A stretch of DNA of 64,000 nucleotides from Candidatus Latescibacterota bacterium. GTDB taxonomy: Bacteria > Latescibacterota > UBA2968 > GCA-2709665. Location: the NCBI GenBank assembly GCA_965205485.1, contig OZ242180.1, forward strand, positions 1,152,001-1,216,000, given 5' to 3'. The notes beneath the pieces were generated by a model that saw nothing but the letters and a program-made list of their open reading frames with translations, was not told where the DNA came from and did not search any database. This document shows positions 32,426 through 42,957 of this stretch, in pieces (within the stretch, counting starts at the first letter, position 1; every line of letters begins with the position of its first letter). A program made the position numbers and the translations under genes.

Positions 32426-33186
32426 GTCAACTCAACCGATCGACAACCGATGTCTGGCGCCGGCCGCCCGATCGTCCGGTGGCGTCGGACCACGAGATTC
32501 AGGTCTGGCGAATGAATCTGGACCGTCCCGCATCGGAGGTCCAGGAGTTGCGGGCTGTGCTTTCCGAAGACGAAACCGCCCGCGCCGCCCGGTTCGTCTT
32601 TGACAGACACCGGGCGCGTTTTGTTGCCGGCCGGGCGTCTCTCAGGAGAATTCTGGGGCAGTACGTTGGGCTCGCCCCCCGGCGGCTGGAGTTCGGCTAT
32701 GGATGGCGGGGCAAACCTTACTTGAAAAAGGGTTCGGATGGGGACCGGCTGCGCTTCAACCTCTCCCACTCCGGCGAACTCGGTCTGCTCGCGGTGATCA
32801 GAGCGAGGGAGATCGGTGTGGACGTGGAACGCATCCGGGAGGTGAAGGCGCACCTGCGGCTGGCGGGGCGCTATTTTGCACCGGGTGAAGTCGCCGCGAT
32901 CCAGGCGCTGCCCGGGGAGGTCCACTACGAGGCGTTCTTCAACTGCTGGACCCGAAAGGAAGCGTATATCAAAGCGTTGGGAGCTGGACTGGCCTGCCCG
33001 CTGGACGGCTTCGAAGTCTCCCTGACTCCGGGAGCGCCCGCGGCGATGCTGCGCATCGACGACAATCCGGTGGCGGCGTCCGAATGGTTCATGCGCGCGC
33101 TGGCGCCCGGGCGCGGCTTTGTGGGGGCCGTGGCGCTGAAGGGAAGGGGATACAGGGTGACCTGCTGGGAGTGGCGGGACCGTTGA
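32422..33186 (+). CDS. 4'-phosphopantetheinyl transferase (Sfp/HetI type)
   Basis: GKP, FNLSHS, IGVDVE and [10 protein letters not shown] motifs; GTG start overlaps the dehydratase stop (GTGA). Confidence 0.9.
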   Translation: MSQLNRSTTDVWRRPPDRPVASDHEIQVWRMNLDRPASEVQELRAVLSEDETARAARFVFDRHRARFVAGRASLRRILGQYVGLAPRRLEFGYGWRGKPYLKKGSDGDRLRFNLSHSGELGLLAVIRAREIGVDVERIREVKAHLRLAGRYFAPGEVAAIQALPGEVHYEAFFNCWTRKEAYIKALGAGLACPLDGFEVSLTPGAPAAMLRIDDNPVAASEWFMRALAPGRGFVGAVALKGRGYRVTCWEWRDR

Positions 33187-33225
33187 ATCGGCCGGGACTC
33201 ACCCGGTCGTAGCAACGTGCCCGGT

Positions 33226-34215
33226 TTATCCCCCGGGAGCGGCGCCGGACTGCTCCCGGATATCTCTGTACGCTTCTGTCGCCGACTGGGGTTTCCCGTA
33301 GTCCGCGTCCCATTCGCGCTCTTCGGCGGGCATCTTGCCGATTGCGCGCGCCATCTGGCGGACGTGCGAACCCTCGCAGCCGCAGCAACCGCCGATAAAA
33401 TTCACGCCGAGGTCCAGCGCATTGCGGGCGAAATCGCCCATTTCATAGCGGCTGATCTTGAACGAATCGAGCCTGTCCGGAAAGCCTGGCTGGCCGGTGA
33501 AGAAGGGCACTTCGGGCGTGCATCGATAGGCGACCGGCTGGGCGGCCACGTGGCAGGTTACCGCCTCGCGCATCTGTTCGACGGCGGGGAGCATGAACGT
33601 GGGGTCCTGCCAGCAGTTGGCGCCCACGACGTCGGCGCCCGCGCCCTCCAGGATGCGCGCGGCCTCTCCCGGGGACTTTCCGTCCCGCGTCTCGGGGCCT
33701 TCGAATGCCATTGTGATCACCGCGGGAAGGCCGGTTTTTCGGGCGCATTCGAGGGCGATTAGGGCCTCGCCCACGTGGAGGAACGTCTCGCCGATGATGA
33801 AGTCGACGCCTTCGGCCATCTGGTAGCCGAGTTGGGCGTCAAACAGCCGCCGGCATTCGTCCTCGGATTCGGGGTACTTCCATGTTAGACAGATGTTCCC
33901 CGCGACCAGCGCCTTGCCGGCCGCGGCCTCGCGGGCGATTCTGACGGCCGCCCGGTTGATCTCTTCAAGGCGCCCGGCGTAGCCCGTCTGCGCCAGTTTG
34001 TTTTCGCTGGCGTAGAACGTGAGTACCTGCAACACTTCCGCGCCGGCGTGAACGAACTCCTCGTGCAGGGCCAGAAGCGCGTTGGGATTCTCGATCGTCA
34101 CTTCCGGCGTGAACGGACCGGCCTGAACGTAGCCCCGGTTCTCCAGGGCAAGCAGGTATCCCCCGTCCCCCAGCACCACCCCCTCATTCAGTCTTTCCAA
34201 TATCGATTTGGGCAT
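33226..34215 (-). CDS. Homocysteine S-methyltransferase family protein (BHMT-like)
   Basis: GDGGY, GPFTPE, HEEFVHAGA, GANC and IGGCCG zinc ligands. Confidence 0.88.
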   Translation of the reverse strand: MPKSILERLNEGVVLGDGGYLLALENRGYVQAGPFTPEVTIENPNALLALHEEFVHAGAEVLQVLTFYASENKLAQTGYAGRLEEINRAAVRIAREAAAGKALVAGNICLTWKYPESEDECRRLFDAQLGYQMAEGVDFIIGETFLHVGEALIALECARKTGLPAVITMAFEGPETRDGKSPGEAARILEGAGADVVGANCWQDPTFMLPAVEQMREAVTCHVAAQPVAYRCTPEVPFFTGQPGFPDRLDSFKISRYEMGDFARNALDLGVNFIGGCCGCEGSHVRQMARAIGKMPAEEREWDADYGKPQSATEAYRDIREQSGAAPGG

Positions 34216-34255
34216 TGGATTTTCTCCGTTTTTCAAAAAAGATAATCGGAAGACC

Positions 34256-34935
34256 GTGCGCCCGCAAGGGACGCCCGGGCAAATTTACATTCCCACGCAA
34301 TTATGCGGATGTCGAGGCAGGCGGGCGCCCACAAGGGGCGCCCCTACAAATTTACATTCCCAGGCGATTATGCGGATGACGAGACTGACGGGCACCCACA
34401 AGGGGTGCCCCTACAAATCTACATTCACAGGCGATTATGTGGATATAAAGCCAGGTGGGCGCCCACAAGGGACGCCCCTACAAACGCATATTCCAGGCAA
34501 TTATGCCGATGTCGAGACAGGCGGGCACCCATAAGGGGTGCCCCTATGATTGGGATAATTTCGCGCAGGAGGTCGGAAATTGAAACATACCTCCTAAATT
34601 CATCGGACTATAATCGGTGCGGCATGTTCCCCCAATTCGCATGCACCTCTGCTCCGTATTCATCCGCGACCGACCGTGATGGTGTAGGGGCACCCCTTGT
34701 GGGTGCCCTGGTTTTCGTTATAGCGACGATAGCGTCCTGGAAGGCCGGACGCCCACAAGGAACGCACCTACAATTTGAACAACTTCGCGCAGGTGGTCAG
34801 ACATTGCAACATATGTTCTCAATTCATCGGGAAAATATCGGTTCGGCATGTTTCACGAATTCCTATGTACCTCTCAACCGCATTCCCCCACGACCGCCCC
34901 TGACGTCGTATGGGCACCCCTTGTGGGTGCCCTGG
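34256..34935. repeat. Tandem array of GTAG-type REP palindromes (BIME/REPIN-like)
   Basis: GGGC(G/A)CCCACAAGGGG(C/T)GCCCCTAC units at 34256, 34323, 34390, 34457 and 34523 (period 66-67 bp, mutually similar linkers); inverted copies at 34684 and ~34908; degenerate forward copy at ~34747. Confidence 0.9.
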
Positions 34936-35167
34936 TTTCTCTTTCAGCGACCATCGTTCATGCCGCTGGTACAACAAGACTCTGCCTTAAAAATGCCAAA
35001 ATGACGAATTACTCAATGCACTGAGTAAAAATACTCGATGTATTGAGTAAATCGTCGAGATGTTGTTGGTGTGCGTTTGTCGAATAGAGGAGAGAATTAG
35101 TGGACTACGTCGCGAATCCGTTGTGGTTTTCACACAGCTCCGCTTATGCTTCTCACAGAATCGAAGT

Positions 35168-35267
35168 TTGTTGGACAGCTGTGGCCAACAACACATTTTG
35201 ATGGCCACTTTTTATCAATAATGTCCAACAACTTCCGTTGTTGGACATAAGTGGCCGTCAAAACACC
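35168..35267. repeat. ~100-bp direct repeat, copy 1 (palindrome-rich, downstream of fic)
   Basis: Aligns with 36480-36579; contains the hairpin ATGTCCAACAAC-TTCC-GTTGTTGGACAT at 35221-35248. Confidence 0.75.
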
Positions 35268-36394
35268 TTTCTGCCTTCAGCGACGTTTATGAGTTCGGGA
35301 AATGCAAGAACAGCTGCCTGGCGGCCCCTTCCATGATGAAACACCTTCAGGACATCGCCTTCGCACAAGACATCCAGAATTCGCCGTGCAGTCCTGCCAG
35401 CAAACCCCGCGGACGCCGCAAAATCAGAACTGCGGAAAACCGGACGTTCAAAGATCCAGTCCAGCGCGTGCACCGCGTAGCGGGACTGGGTGAGGTCGGC
35501 CACGCGTCGCTTCATCTCTTCGTAGAGGTCGATAATGCCCTGTGCCTTTTTCAAGTTGTCCTGAGCCTGAAACTGGACTGCTTCGAGGAAAAACTGGCAC
35601 CATCCGGTCCAGTCGTCGTCACGCGAGACAGCAAGCAACCCGTCATAGTAAGCGTCACGATGGGTTTCGAAGTAAGCGCTGATGTAGAACATGGGAGATC
35701 TTATAAGGCCACGTTGCCACAGGAACAGCGGTACCAGCATTCGACCAAGACGGCCATTGCCATCCAGAAATGGGTGCAGGGCTTCGAATTCGGCGTGCAA
35801 AATAGCGAGTTGAACCAATTGGTCGGCCGCATCTATGTGGATGAAACGCTCCCACGCACTCATTGCCTCCGGTAGCTTGTCCGCTCCAATCGGCACAAAC
35901 TTGGCTTCATCCGGGAAGCATCCAGGAGGGCCGATCCAATTGGGAACGCGACGAAATTCGCCCGGAGACTTACCTTCTCCCCTTACCCCGTCCAATAGCT
36001 CCTTATGGGCTTCGCGAATTACTCGATTGGAAAGCGGCAATTTCACCAGCATTTCTTCCGCCCGCCGCATGGCGGTGCGATAATTGATTATTTCGTGAAT
36101 GTCCTCTCTGCGTGCGGGAGAATCCGGCTCCCGTCCGGCTTCAAACTCCAGTACCTCGCCCATCGTTGCCTGAGTACCCTCAATGCGCGAGGAGAGCACG
36201 GCTTCCTGGGTTGTCAGCGGCGCAAGCAAAATGCCGGTGTTAGGGATGGTGGCAAGTGTCCCGTCGTATCGTGCCACCGCCGCGGCGGCAGGGCCAATAA
36301 GTGGAATGAGTGCAGGCCAGTCGAGATTATCGGGAGGGAACCGGCCGGCGTGGTATTGGACAGGCGCCATTAACGTCTCCAAGCTCACATACAT
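35258..36394 (-). CDS. Fic family protein (Fic/DOC N-terminal domain, Fic, C-terminal HTH)
   Basis: Canonical HPFLDGNGRLGR motif and EAVLSSRIEGT inhibitory helix; lower GC than the flanks. Confidence 0.93.
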   Translation of the reverse strand: MYVSLETLMAPVQYHAGRFPPDNLDWPALIPLIGPAAAAVARYDGTLATIPNTGILLAPLTTQEAVLSSRIEGTQATMGEVLEFEAGREPDSPARREDIHEIINYRTAMRRAEEMLVKLPLSNRVIREAHKELLDGVRGEGKSPGEFRRVPNWIGPPGCFPDEAKFVPIGADKLPEAMSAWERFIHIDAADQLVQLAILHAEFEALHPFLDGNGRLGRMLVPLFLWQRGLIRSPMFYISAYFETHRDAYYDGLLAVSRDDDWTGWCQFFLEAVQFQAQDNLKKAQGIIDLYEEMKRRVADLTQSRYAVHALDWIFERPVFRSSDFAASAGFAGRTARRILDVLCEGDVLKVFHHGRGRQAAVLAFPELINVAEGRKVF

Positions 36395-36479
36395 GTTATG
36401 GCCGCAACCCTTGATGCAATGCTGCGGCTTTTATAAAAAAAACAGCCTTCTACATCCATACCTGCTGAAATCATGATCG

Positions 36480-36602
36480 TTGTCGGACGGCTGTGGCCAA
36501 CAACACAATTTGTTGGCCACTTTCCGATATTTTTGGCCAATAAACGCCGTTGTGGGACAAAAGTGGCCATCAAAATACCCGTTTGACTTCCGCAATACTC
36601 AA
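36480..36602 (-). pseudogene. Direct repeat copy 2 plus the 3' remnant of a paralogous fic gene
   Basis: The minus strand reads LSIAEVKRVF* at 36570-36602 versus INVAEGRKVF* in the intact Fic, followed by the same downstream 100 bp. Confidence 0.6.
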
Positions 36603-36733
36603 TCGGAACCGCTATTGCCAGCTCATCCTCGTTATTCTGAATGTCGCACAGATATTTGAGGCTTCAAGCCGCGTAGAGCGGTTTCCTGGTCTCGTCGACG
36701 CAGTCATTAAGGCACGCTCGGGAAATCCGAACA

Positions 36734-36985
36734 TCAATCCAGACCATCAGCAACCGCCACGTCGAGATCGCTCCAGTCCTCATTGCTGACGGACATGGCA
36801 CGGTAGGTTTCCTTCCAGGACAGTTTCTTGCGCGTAGTACCGGAAATGAAGACGCCTTGCTCCGTCTCTTCGAGGACGAGTGATTCGCCCCAGTCGTATT
36901 TCTCCAGAAGCGCGCTGGGAAGTCGAATGCCCCTGGCATTTCCGATTCGGATCAGTTTGACGTTCCACCTTGTAAGGTTGCGGAT
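36734..36985 (-). pseudogene. AbrB/MazE-family antitoxin lacking a canonical start codon (absent from the ORF track)
   Basis: The minus frame reads NVKLIRIGNARGIRLPSALLEKYDWGESLVLEETEQGVFI...LSWKETYRAMS...EDWSDLDVAVADGLD*. A TTGACA-N17-TATATG promoter lies at 37015-37043. No toxin follows. Confidence 0.75.
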
Positions 36986-37254
36986 CTCCGTCGGATTGAT
37001 TCGGCTACAGAATTCATATAGTTACTTTACCGGAGGTTGTCAAGGATTCGTTGGCAGAATTAACCAAACGGGCGCCCACAAGAGGCGCCCCTACATCGAA
37101 ACTAAAAACGCGTATGTTGTTGGGAATCGCGTGAATCGTACGGAATACACGTTCAGAATCTTACAGTCCGAGTTCTACGCCAAATGCGTACATGCTTAGC
37201 CATGCTGCTTGCATCCGGTAGGGCGTTGAAATCCCCCCACCGCATCAGCCGTCG

Positions 37255-37515
37255 CCGGTCCCTTCGATAAACTCAGGGCAACGCCTTCGACCCTTCGACA
37301 GGCTCAGCGACCGCAGGCTCAGGCAGGTTATGGGTCTCCTGACAGCGACTTAACGACGTCCAATGAACCAAATAACGCGTGGTCATTGAGCATGCCTGCA
37401 TTGAGCTTGCCGAAATGCCCGCTATTCAACAGCCTTTCGACAGGCTCAGGGCAGCGCCTTCGACAAGCCTGAGGACCGGCTCGGCTTCTGCGACTCCCCC
37501 TCAAGGGGGGAGTGA
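37255..37515. repeat. Cluster of a second small-repeat family (CCTTCGACAGGCTCAG) plus a CTCCCCCTCAAGGGGGGAG hairpin
   Basis: At least four variants of CCTTCGA(C/T)A(G/A)(G/A)CTCAG in 260 bp. Confidence 0.65.
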
Positions 37516-37663
37516 TTCGGTCGTCAAACGGCCTTGCGTTAGCTTCCGCCTTTTTTGGCTGCTGCTGAACAATGCAAGGCCGCAATAGGACATATTCGCC
37601 GGAATTGCGATCGCCCATCGTTCGTAGGGGCACCCCTTGTGGGTGCCCTGGTTTCTCTCTCGC

Positions 37664-38083
37664 TCACTCGTGTTCCCACGGATTGATGACGCGGACGTCC
37701 AGGCCGCTGAAGTCGACGATGTTTCTGGTTACAACCGACAAATCATGTGCCCGCGCGGTTCCGGCGATGAGCGCATCCCCAAGATCCAGAGCCCGTCCGC
37801 CGCGATGCGCCTGCGATCGAAAGACAGCGGCCCACTCTGCCACTTCCCTGTCGACAGGTAGGACACGGTCCTGGTATTCGTTGACAATTCCAGACTGCGC
37901 GGCGCTCAACAGGTCGCGCCGTTGTCCGTCAGGCGACAGCTGCAAGCCGAACTCCAACTCATGCAAAACCACCGCGGACAGCCACAGGTCCTGATGCTCT
38001 GACAGGAATGCGATTACATTCGAGTTCGGCTCGGTCCGGGTCAGTTCCGACACGACGTTGGTATCCAGGAGAAACCCGTTCAC
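37664..38083 (-). CDS. vapC: PIN-domain toxin (VapC/FitB type)
   Basis: FLLDTNVVSE, DALIAGTA and VVTRN..DF..L...INPW motifs. Confidence 0.92.
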   Translation of the reverse strand: MNGFLLDTNVVSELTRTEPNSNVIAFLSEHQDLWLSAVVLHELEFGLQLSPDGQRRDLLSAAQSGIVNEYQDRVLPVDREVAEWAAVFRSQAHRGGRALDLGDALIAGTARAHDLSVVTRNIVDFSGLDVRVINPWEHE

Positions 38084-38364
38084 CCGGCGCCTCCGTCGGC
38101 GAACGGGATCTCACGCCGGGACGCTCGATCGGCAGGAATGTCGAGATTCGTGCCGCGCGGCATCGTGTTGATCAACCACTGGCCGAGCGGCTTGCGCGGT
38201 GACGCCTGAGCCTTCCATATATGCTCGGGCACCACGACATATGCTTTCCGCACACCAATGCGCTGGGGACCTTCGTCTACGGAAAGGCGGAGGACTTCCG
38301 ACAGGCGCGCCTTGGCCTCCGCGACCGTCCAGACTCTGCCTGGCTTGTCATATTGTATGGACAT
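38080..38364 (-). CDS. Phd/YefM-type antitoxin
   Basis: WTVAEAKARLSEVL...GPQRI; overlaps the vapC start. A TTGATT-N17-TATATT promoter with GACTATAT repeats (likely operator) lies at ~38378-38420. Confidence 0.88.
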   Translation of the reverse strand: MSIQYDKPGRVWTVAEAKARLSEVLRLSVDEGPQRIGVRKAYVVVPEHIWKAQASPRKPLGQWLINTMPRGTNLDIPADRASRREIPFADGGAG

Positions 38365-38500
38365 TCTATCTCCTCTCGACTGATATAGTCCAATATAGTC
38401 TATATATATCCTAAAATCAAGGCGGTCTGTGCATGCGAACCACAAAAAAGCCGATCCTCAGTCAATGAGGACCGGCCATCCACGCAGGCGAAAACAGGCT

Positions 38501-38760
38501 GGGCGCCCACAAGGGGCGCCCCTACGAATGTATTATCCCAGGCAATCATTCGGATGTCGAGCCAGGCGGGCACCCACAAGGGGTGCCCCTACGATTGGGA
38601 TGATTTCGCGCAGGTGGTTGGAGTTTACAACATATGTCCTCAAATCATCGGATGATAATCTGTGTGGCATGTTCCCCGAATTCGCCTGTACCTCTCCTCC
38701 TCATTCATCCACGACCGACCGTGATGGTGTAGGGGCACCCCTTGTGGGTGCCCTGGTTTC
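38501..38760. repeat. Second copy of the REP composite (REP-linker-REP-long spacer-inverted REP)
   Basis: REPs at 38501, 38568 and inverted at 38729; linker and spacer homologous to 34457-34714. Confidence 0.88.
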
Positions 38761-38980
38761 TCTCCAGGTCACGGCGGTTCCCATGGACTGATGACGTCGA
38801 CGCCCCCGCTAAGGCGTCAATCCTGCGGATTTCCGTTCCACCGGATATTGGGATCCCATCGGATCTTGAGTGTGCAGGCGTCGAAGCTGTTTCGATCTTG
38901 AAACAAATAAAGATGCCTTGTTGTCTAAACTCACAGTAACCGTGGACTGAGATGGAAGCAGAAACCACAGGAGGCCGAAA

Positions 38981-39442
38981 ATGACCTATGCGGGATTCTG
39001 GAAGCGTTTTGCAGCAGCGATTGTCGATGTGCTGATTACCGGGACATTTGCCGGAATCTATGCGGCTTTGGGTTCGTTGTTCTATGACTTCAGTACGGGT
39101 ACTGCAGGTACATTTTTCGTAGGAGATGCATTTTATGCAACTGTGGTGATCGGGTTCGTGATCTGCTATCTCTCCATTGACTGGCTTTACTATGCCATTA
39201 TGGAGTCTTCCAGTCTCCAAGCCACGTTAGGCAAGTTGGCTCTCGGCATTGTAGTTACCGACCTCAAGGGAAACCGTATTTCGTTTGCGCGAGCTTCCGG
39301 TCGTCATTTTGCAAAGATGATCTCCAGAATGACTGCCTATATTGGTTATGTGATGGCGGCGTTTACTGAACGAAAGCAGACCCTTCATGATATGATGGCC
39401 GGTTGTATAATCTTGAATAAAGAAGATCGCGAGGAGGAATAG
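38981..39442 (+). CDS. RDD family membrane protein
   Basis: YAGFWKRFAAAIVD, QATLGK and KQTLHDMMAG motifs. Confidence 0.92.
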   Translation: MTYAGFWKRFAAAIVDVLITGTFAGIYAALGSLFYDFSTGTAGTFFVGDAFYATVVIGFVICYLSIDWLYYAIMESSSLQATLGKLALGIVVTDLKGNRISFARASGRHFAKMISRMTAYIGYVMAAFTERKQTLHDMMAGCIILNKEDREEE

Positions 39443-39469
39443 AACGAACCATCCGGGCAACACACATGT

Positions 39470-39512
39470 GACCCCCTGGGCGAACGATATCGCCCAGGGG
39501 GTCTGTCTTTTC
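39470..39512 (+). terminator. Probable terminator hairpin between convergent genes
   Basis: GACCCCCTGGGCGA...TCGCCCAGGGGGTC followed by TGTCTTTT. Confidence 0.6.
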
Positions 39513-39599
39513 CTGACAACGCGATCCCTGCGCGGCAATGGCAAAACGTAAGGGCGCCCCTTGTGGGTGCCGTGATTTGCGCCCGCCCGGTTTAGCCCG

Positions 39600-42050
39600 T
39601 CACGATTTCATTCTTTCCCCCCGGGGGTCGTAGAGCGGTTCGCGCGAGACCGTGGCCGGATAGCGTTCGCCGAAGTATTCGATTTCCACGGATGTGCCCT
39701 GCTGCGCGTATTCCAGCGGGAGGTAGCCATAGGCAATGTATCGGCCTACGGTGTATCCGTGATTGGCGCTGGTGACGTACCCGAGAACCCGGTTGCCGTC
39801 CAGTATGGGTTCCTTGCCCATCACAACCGCTTCCGGATCGTCCAGGGTGAGGCAGCAGAGCTTCCGTTGGATTCCCTCTTCCCGGATTTTCAGCAGGGCG
39901 TCCCGCCCCGTGAAGTCGCCCTTGTCGAGTCTGACGGCCCATCCCAGACCGGCTTCATAGGGGTTGTACTCCGTGTGAATATCCGCGCCCCACAGGCGGT
40001 ATCCCTTTTCCAGCCGGAGCGAATCGAATGCCCCGCCGCCGAGCGCGACGAGACCGCAGTCGCCGCCGGCCTCCCAGAGCGCGTCCCACAGGCAAAGCCC
40101 GAATTCAGCCGGCGCGTAGAGCTCCCATCCCAGTTCTCCCACGTAGGACAGCCGCAGCGCGAGGGCGGGGACGGCGCCGATTTGGATCTCCTGCGCGGAG
40201 AAGTACGGGAATGCACGTTTGGTCAGATCGTCGTCGCAGACCCTTTGGAGGATCCTTCGGGCTTCGGGCCCCCAGAGGCCCAGGCCGCAATAGCTGGAGG
40301 TCACGTCCGCAATGTGAACCGCGCGTTCATCCCGCGCGTGGCGGGTAATCCATGCCAGGTCGCGCATCCCGGAAGCGGCGCCGGTGAGCACCAGGAACCG
40401 GTCGGCCGCCAGACGCGTGACGGTCAAGTCGGCGATAATGCCGCCCCTCGAGTTGAGCAGCGCCGTGTAGACGACCTTGCCGACGGGTCGGTCGATCCGG
40501 TTGGCGGCGATGCGCTGCAGAAAATCCAGGGCGCCCGCGCCAGCGATTTCGATCTTCGTGAACGGCGTGATGTCGCACAGCCCCGCGCCGCGCCGGGTGG
40601 CCCGGTGTTCCGCACCCTGGATGGGAGACCAGTACCGCGCCTCCCACCCGGTGCGCGATGGCAGGTCGTCTTCCTCGTCCACCAGGACGCCATTGGCGCC
40701 GAACCACTGCGGGCGCTCCCATCCGGCGTTTTCGAAGAACACCGCGTCGAGTTCCTCAAGCCGCGGATGAAACGGGCTCACGCGCAGGCCGCGCGGATGG
40801 TCCATCTGTGCCAGCGGGTGGATGATATCGTACACTTCGCGGTACTGCTGCGCCCCCCGGGCTTCGACATATTCCCGGGTGTGGACGTGCGGCCGAAGCG
40901 GTTCAGGTCGGCGTCACCCAGATCGATTTCGGGCGCGCCGGAATCCATCCATTCCGCCACCGCCTGTCCGACGCCGCCCCCATGCGTGATCCACACGGCC
41001 TCCGCAACCCAGAGACCGCGAACGTCGACGGACTCTCCGAGAAGAGGCAGTCCGTCCGGCGTGAAGGAGAAGAGACCGTTGATCCTGTAGTCGAGTCTCG
41101 CGTTCCTGAGGGCGGGAAGGAGTTCGTCCGCCGCTTCTCGCGCCGCCGTGAAGTGCTCCGGGGTGAACTCCATGATGGAGGGTGAAAGCCTGGCTTCATC
41201 CGGGCTGACCAGGTCGTCCGGACGTACCAGAAGCGGCTCGTGTCTGTAGGAGCCGATGCCGTACCGGTCGCCCTGCTGCCTGAAATACATGGCGGAGTCC
41301 TGGTGGCGCAGGATGGGATGGACGACCTCCCGGTTTTCGCCCGCCAGTTCCGGCAGCGGCGCGGTGAGGGCGTAGAGATGCTGCACAGGGGTGAGCGGAA
41401 TCGAAATACCGGCCATGCGGCCGATGCGCGGGCCCCATATTCCCGCGCAGATCAACACCTGGTCCGCGGCAATGCGACCTCTGTCGGTATTTACCCCCCT
41501 CACCCTGCCGTTGACGACCTCGATACCGGTGACTGTGGTTTTACCGTGAAACGCGGCGCCGGGTTCCGACGCGCGCGCCATCGCTTCGCAGGCGCGTACG
41601 GCTTTGGCGATGCCGTCTGAGGGGACGTGGTATGCGCCATGGATCCGGGTCCGCATCGAGGAGAGGGAGCCTGGATCCGGCCTCTTCAGGCGAAATGAGG
41701 TGGGCTTCCAGCTCCCAGGACCTGGCGGCGCCCAGTTTACGTTTCAGGTCTTCCAGCCGTTCGGGCGTGTAAGCGACTTCGAAGCTCCCGACAGGATAAA
41801 AACAGGGATTTCCGTCCAGGTCCAGCGCGTTGTACAACGAAACCGTCTTGCCCGACAGGCCGGTCATCATCTTTGAAAAGTTGGTCTGGAAAACCAGCCC
41901 CGGCGCGTGAGACGTCGAACCGCCGGTATCGAACAGCGGCCCCTGGTCCAGGACCGCAATGTCCTTCCAGCCCATCCGGGTGAGATGGTAGACCGTGCTG
42001 CATCCAACGATGCCGGCGCCGATGACAACCAGGCGCGCGTGGTCCCGCAT
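39600..42050 (-). CDS. GcvT-family FAD oxidoreductase (dimethylglycine/sarcosine dehydrogenase or oxidase type), split by two single-base frameshifts
   Basis: VVIGAGIVG, GSTSHAPG, FTPDG, WERP.W, SYVGELGWE and LRLEKGY across three ORFs. An extra C near 41648 and a missing base near 40892 rejoin them. Confidence 0.88.
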
Positions 42051-42280
42051 GGCGGCCTCTCCTGCTATTTCAGTCATCGGTGTCGTCCGTTCATCGACAG
42101 ACAGATGATGCGCGCGGTTTCAAACAAATCCCTTGACATCGATATTCCAGTTCCTTTCTTTATAATCCTATCCGATTTCGGGTCGCGGTACCTGAAAACG
42201 CGTCGGATGGACTTCGTTTGCCGGAAGACACACGGTGAACCGGAGCATCACAACGTATCACAAGCATAAGGAGGCCTGCC

Positions 42281-42916
42281 ATGCCACTACGACTGGGGGA
42301 CGACGCGCCCGATTTTACGGCCGAGACGACCGAGGGCACGGTCCGCTTTCACGAATGGCTTGGAGACGGCTGGGGTATCCTGTTCTCGCATCCCGCCGAT
42401 TATACGCCGGTCTGTACCACCGAACTGGGCGCGGTTGCCAAGTTGAAGGCGGAGTTTGAAAAGCGGAACGTCAAGGTGATCGGGGTGAGCGTGGACCCGC
42501 TGGACTCGCATCACGGCTGGGTCAGCGACATCAACGAGACCCAGAACACCACCATGAACTTTCCGCTGATTGCGGATCCGGACAAATCGGTGGCCAGCAT
42601 GTACGACATGATCCATCCGAACGAGGACGACAAGGCCACGGTCAGGTCCGTATTCGTGATCGGGCCGGACAAGAAAGTCAAGCTGACATTGACCTATCCG
42701 GCTTCTACCGGGCGGAATTTCGCCGAAATCCTGCGGGTGATCGATTCGCTGCAGCTGACGGCCTACCACCAGGTGGCAACGCCCGTCAACTGGGAGGACG
42801 GCGAGGACTGCATCATCGTTCCCGCGGTAACGGACGAAGAGGCAACCGAGAAATTTCCCAGGGGGTTTACAACCATCAAACCCTACCTGAGGTACACCCC
42901 GCAACCGAATAAATAG
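42281..42916 (+). CDS. 1-Cys peroxiredoxin (Prx6 class)
   Basis: FSHPADYTPVCTTE, YPASTGRN and ATPVNW motifs. Confidence 0.95.
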   Translation: MPLRLGDDAPDFTAETTEGTVRFHEWLGDGWGILFSHPADYTPVCTTELGAVAKLKAEFEKRNVKVIGVSVDPLDSHHGWVSDINETQNTTMNFPLIADPDKSVASMYDMIHPNEDDKATVRSVFVIGPDKKVKLTLTYPASTGRNFAEILRVIDSLQLTAYHQVATPVNWEDGEDCIIVPAVTDEEATEKFPRGFTTIKPYLRYTPQPNK

Positions 42917-42957
42917 CCTCAGAAGCTGTTTTTCAATTTCCGGGCATCGAAACCTGT

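Noticed and set aside
34256..34550. CRISPR array
   Set aside because: The spacers are homologous to each other, the repeats are GTAG REP palindromes found singly elsewhere, and there are no cas genes.
34303..35004. 233-aa ORF across the REP array (also 38429-38791 and 17113-17652)
   Set aside because: They are translations of repeat DNA (HKGRPY/HKGCPY, GAPLVGAL) with no HUH or Tyr motif of a RAYT transposase.
42133..42166. TTGACA...TATAAT promoter for the peroxiredoxin
   Set aside because: The hexamers are 22 bp apart, too far for one canonical sigma-70 promoter.
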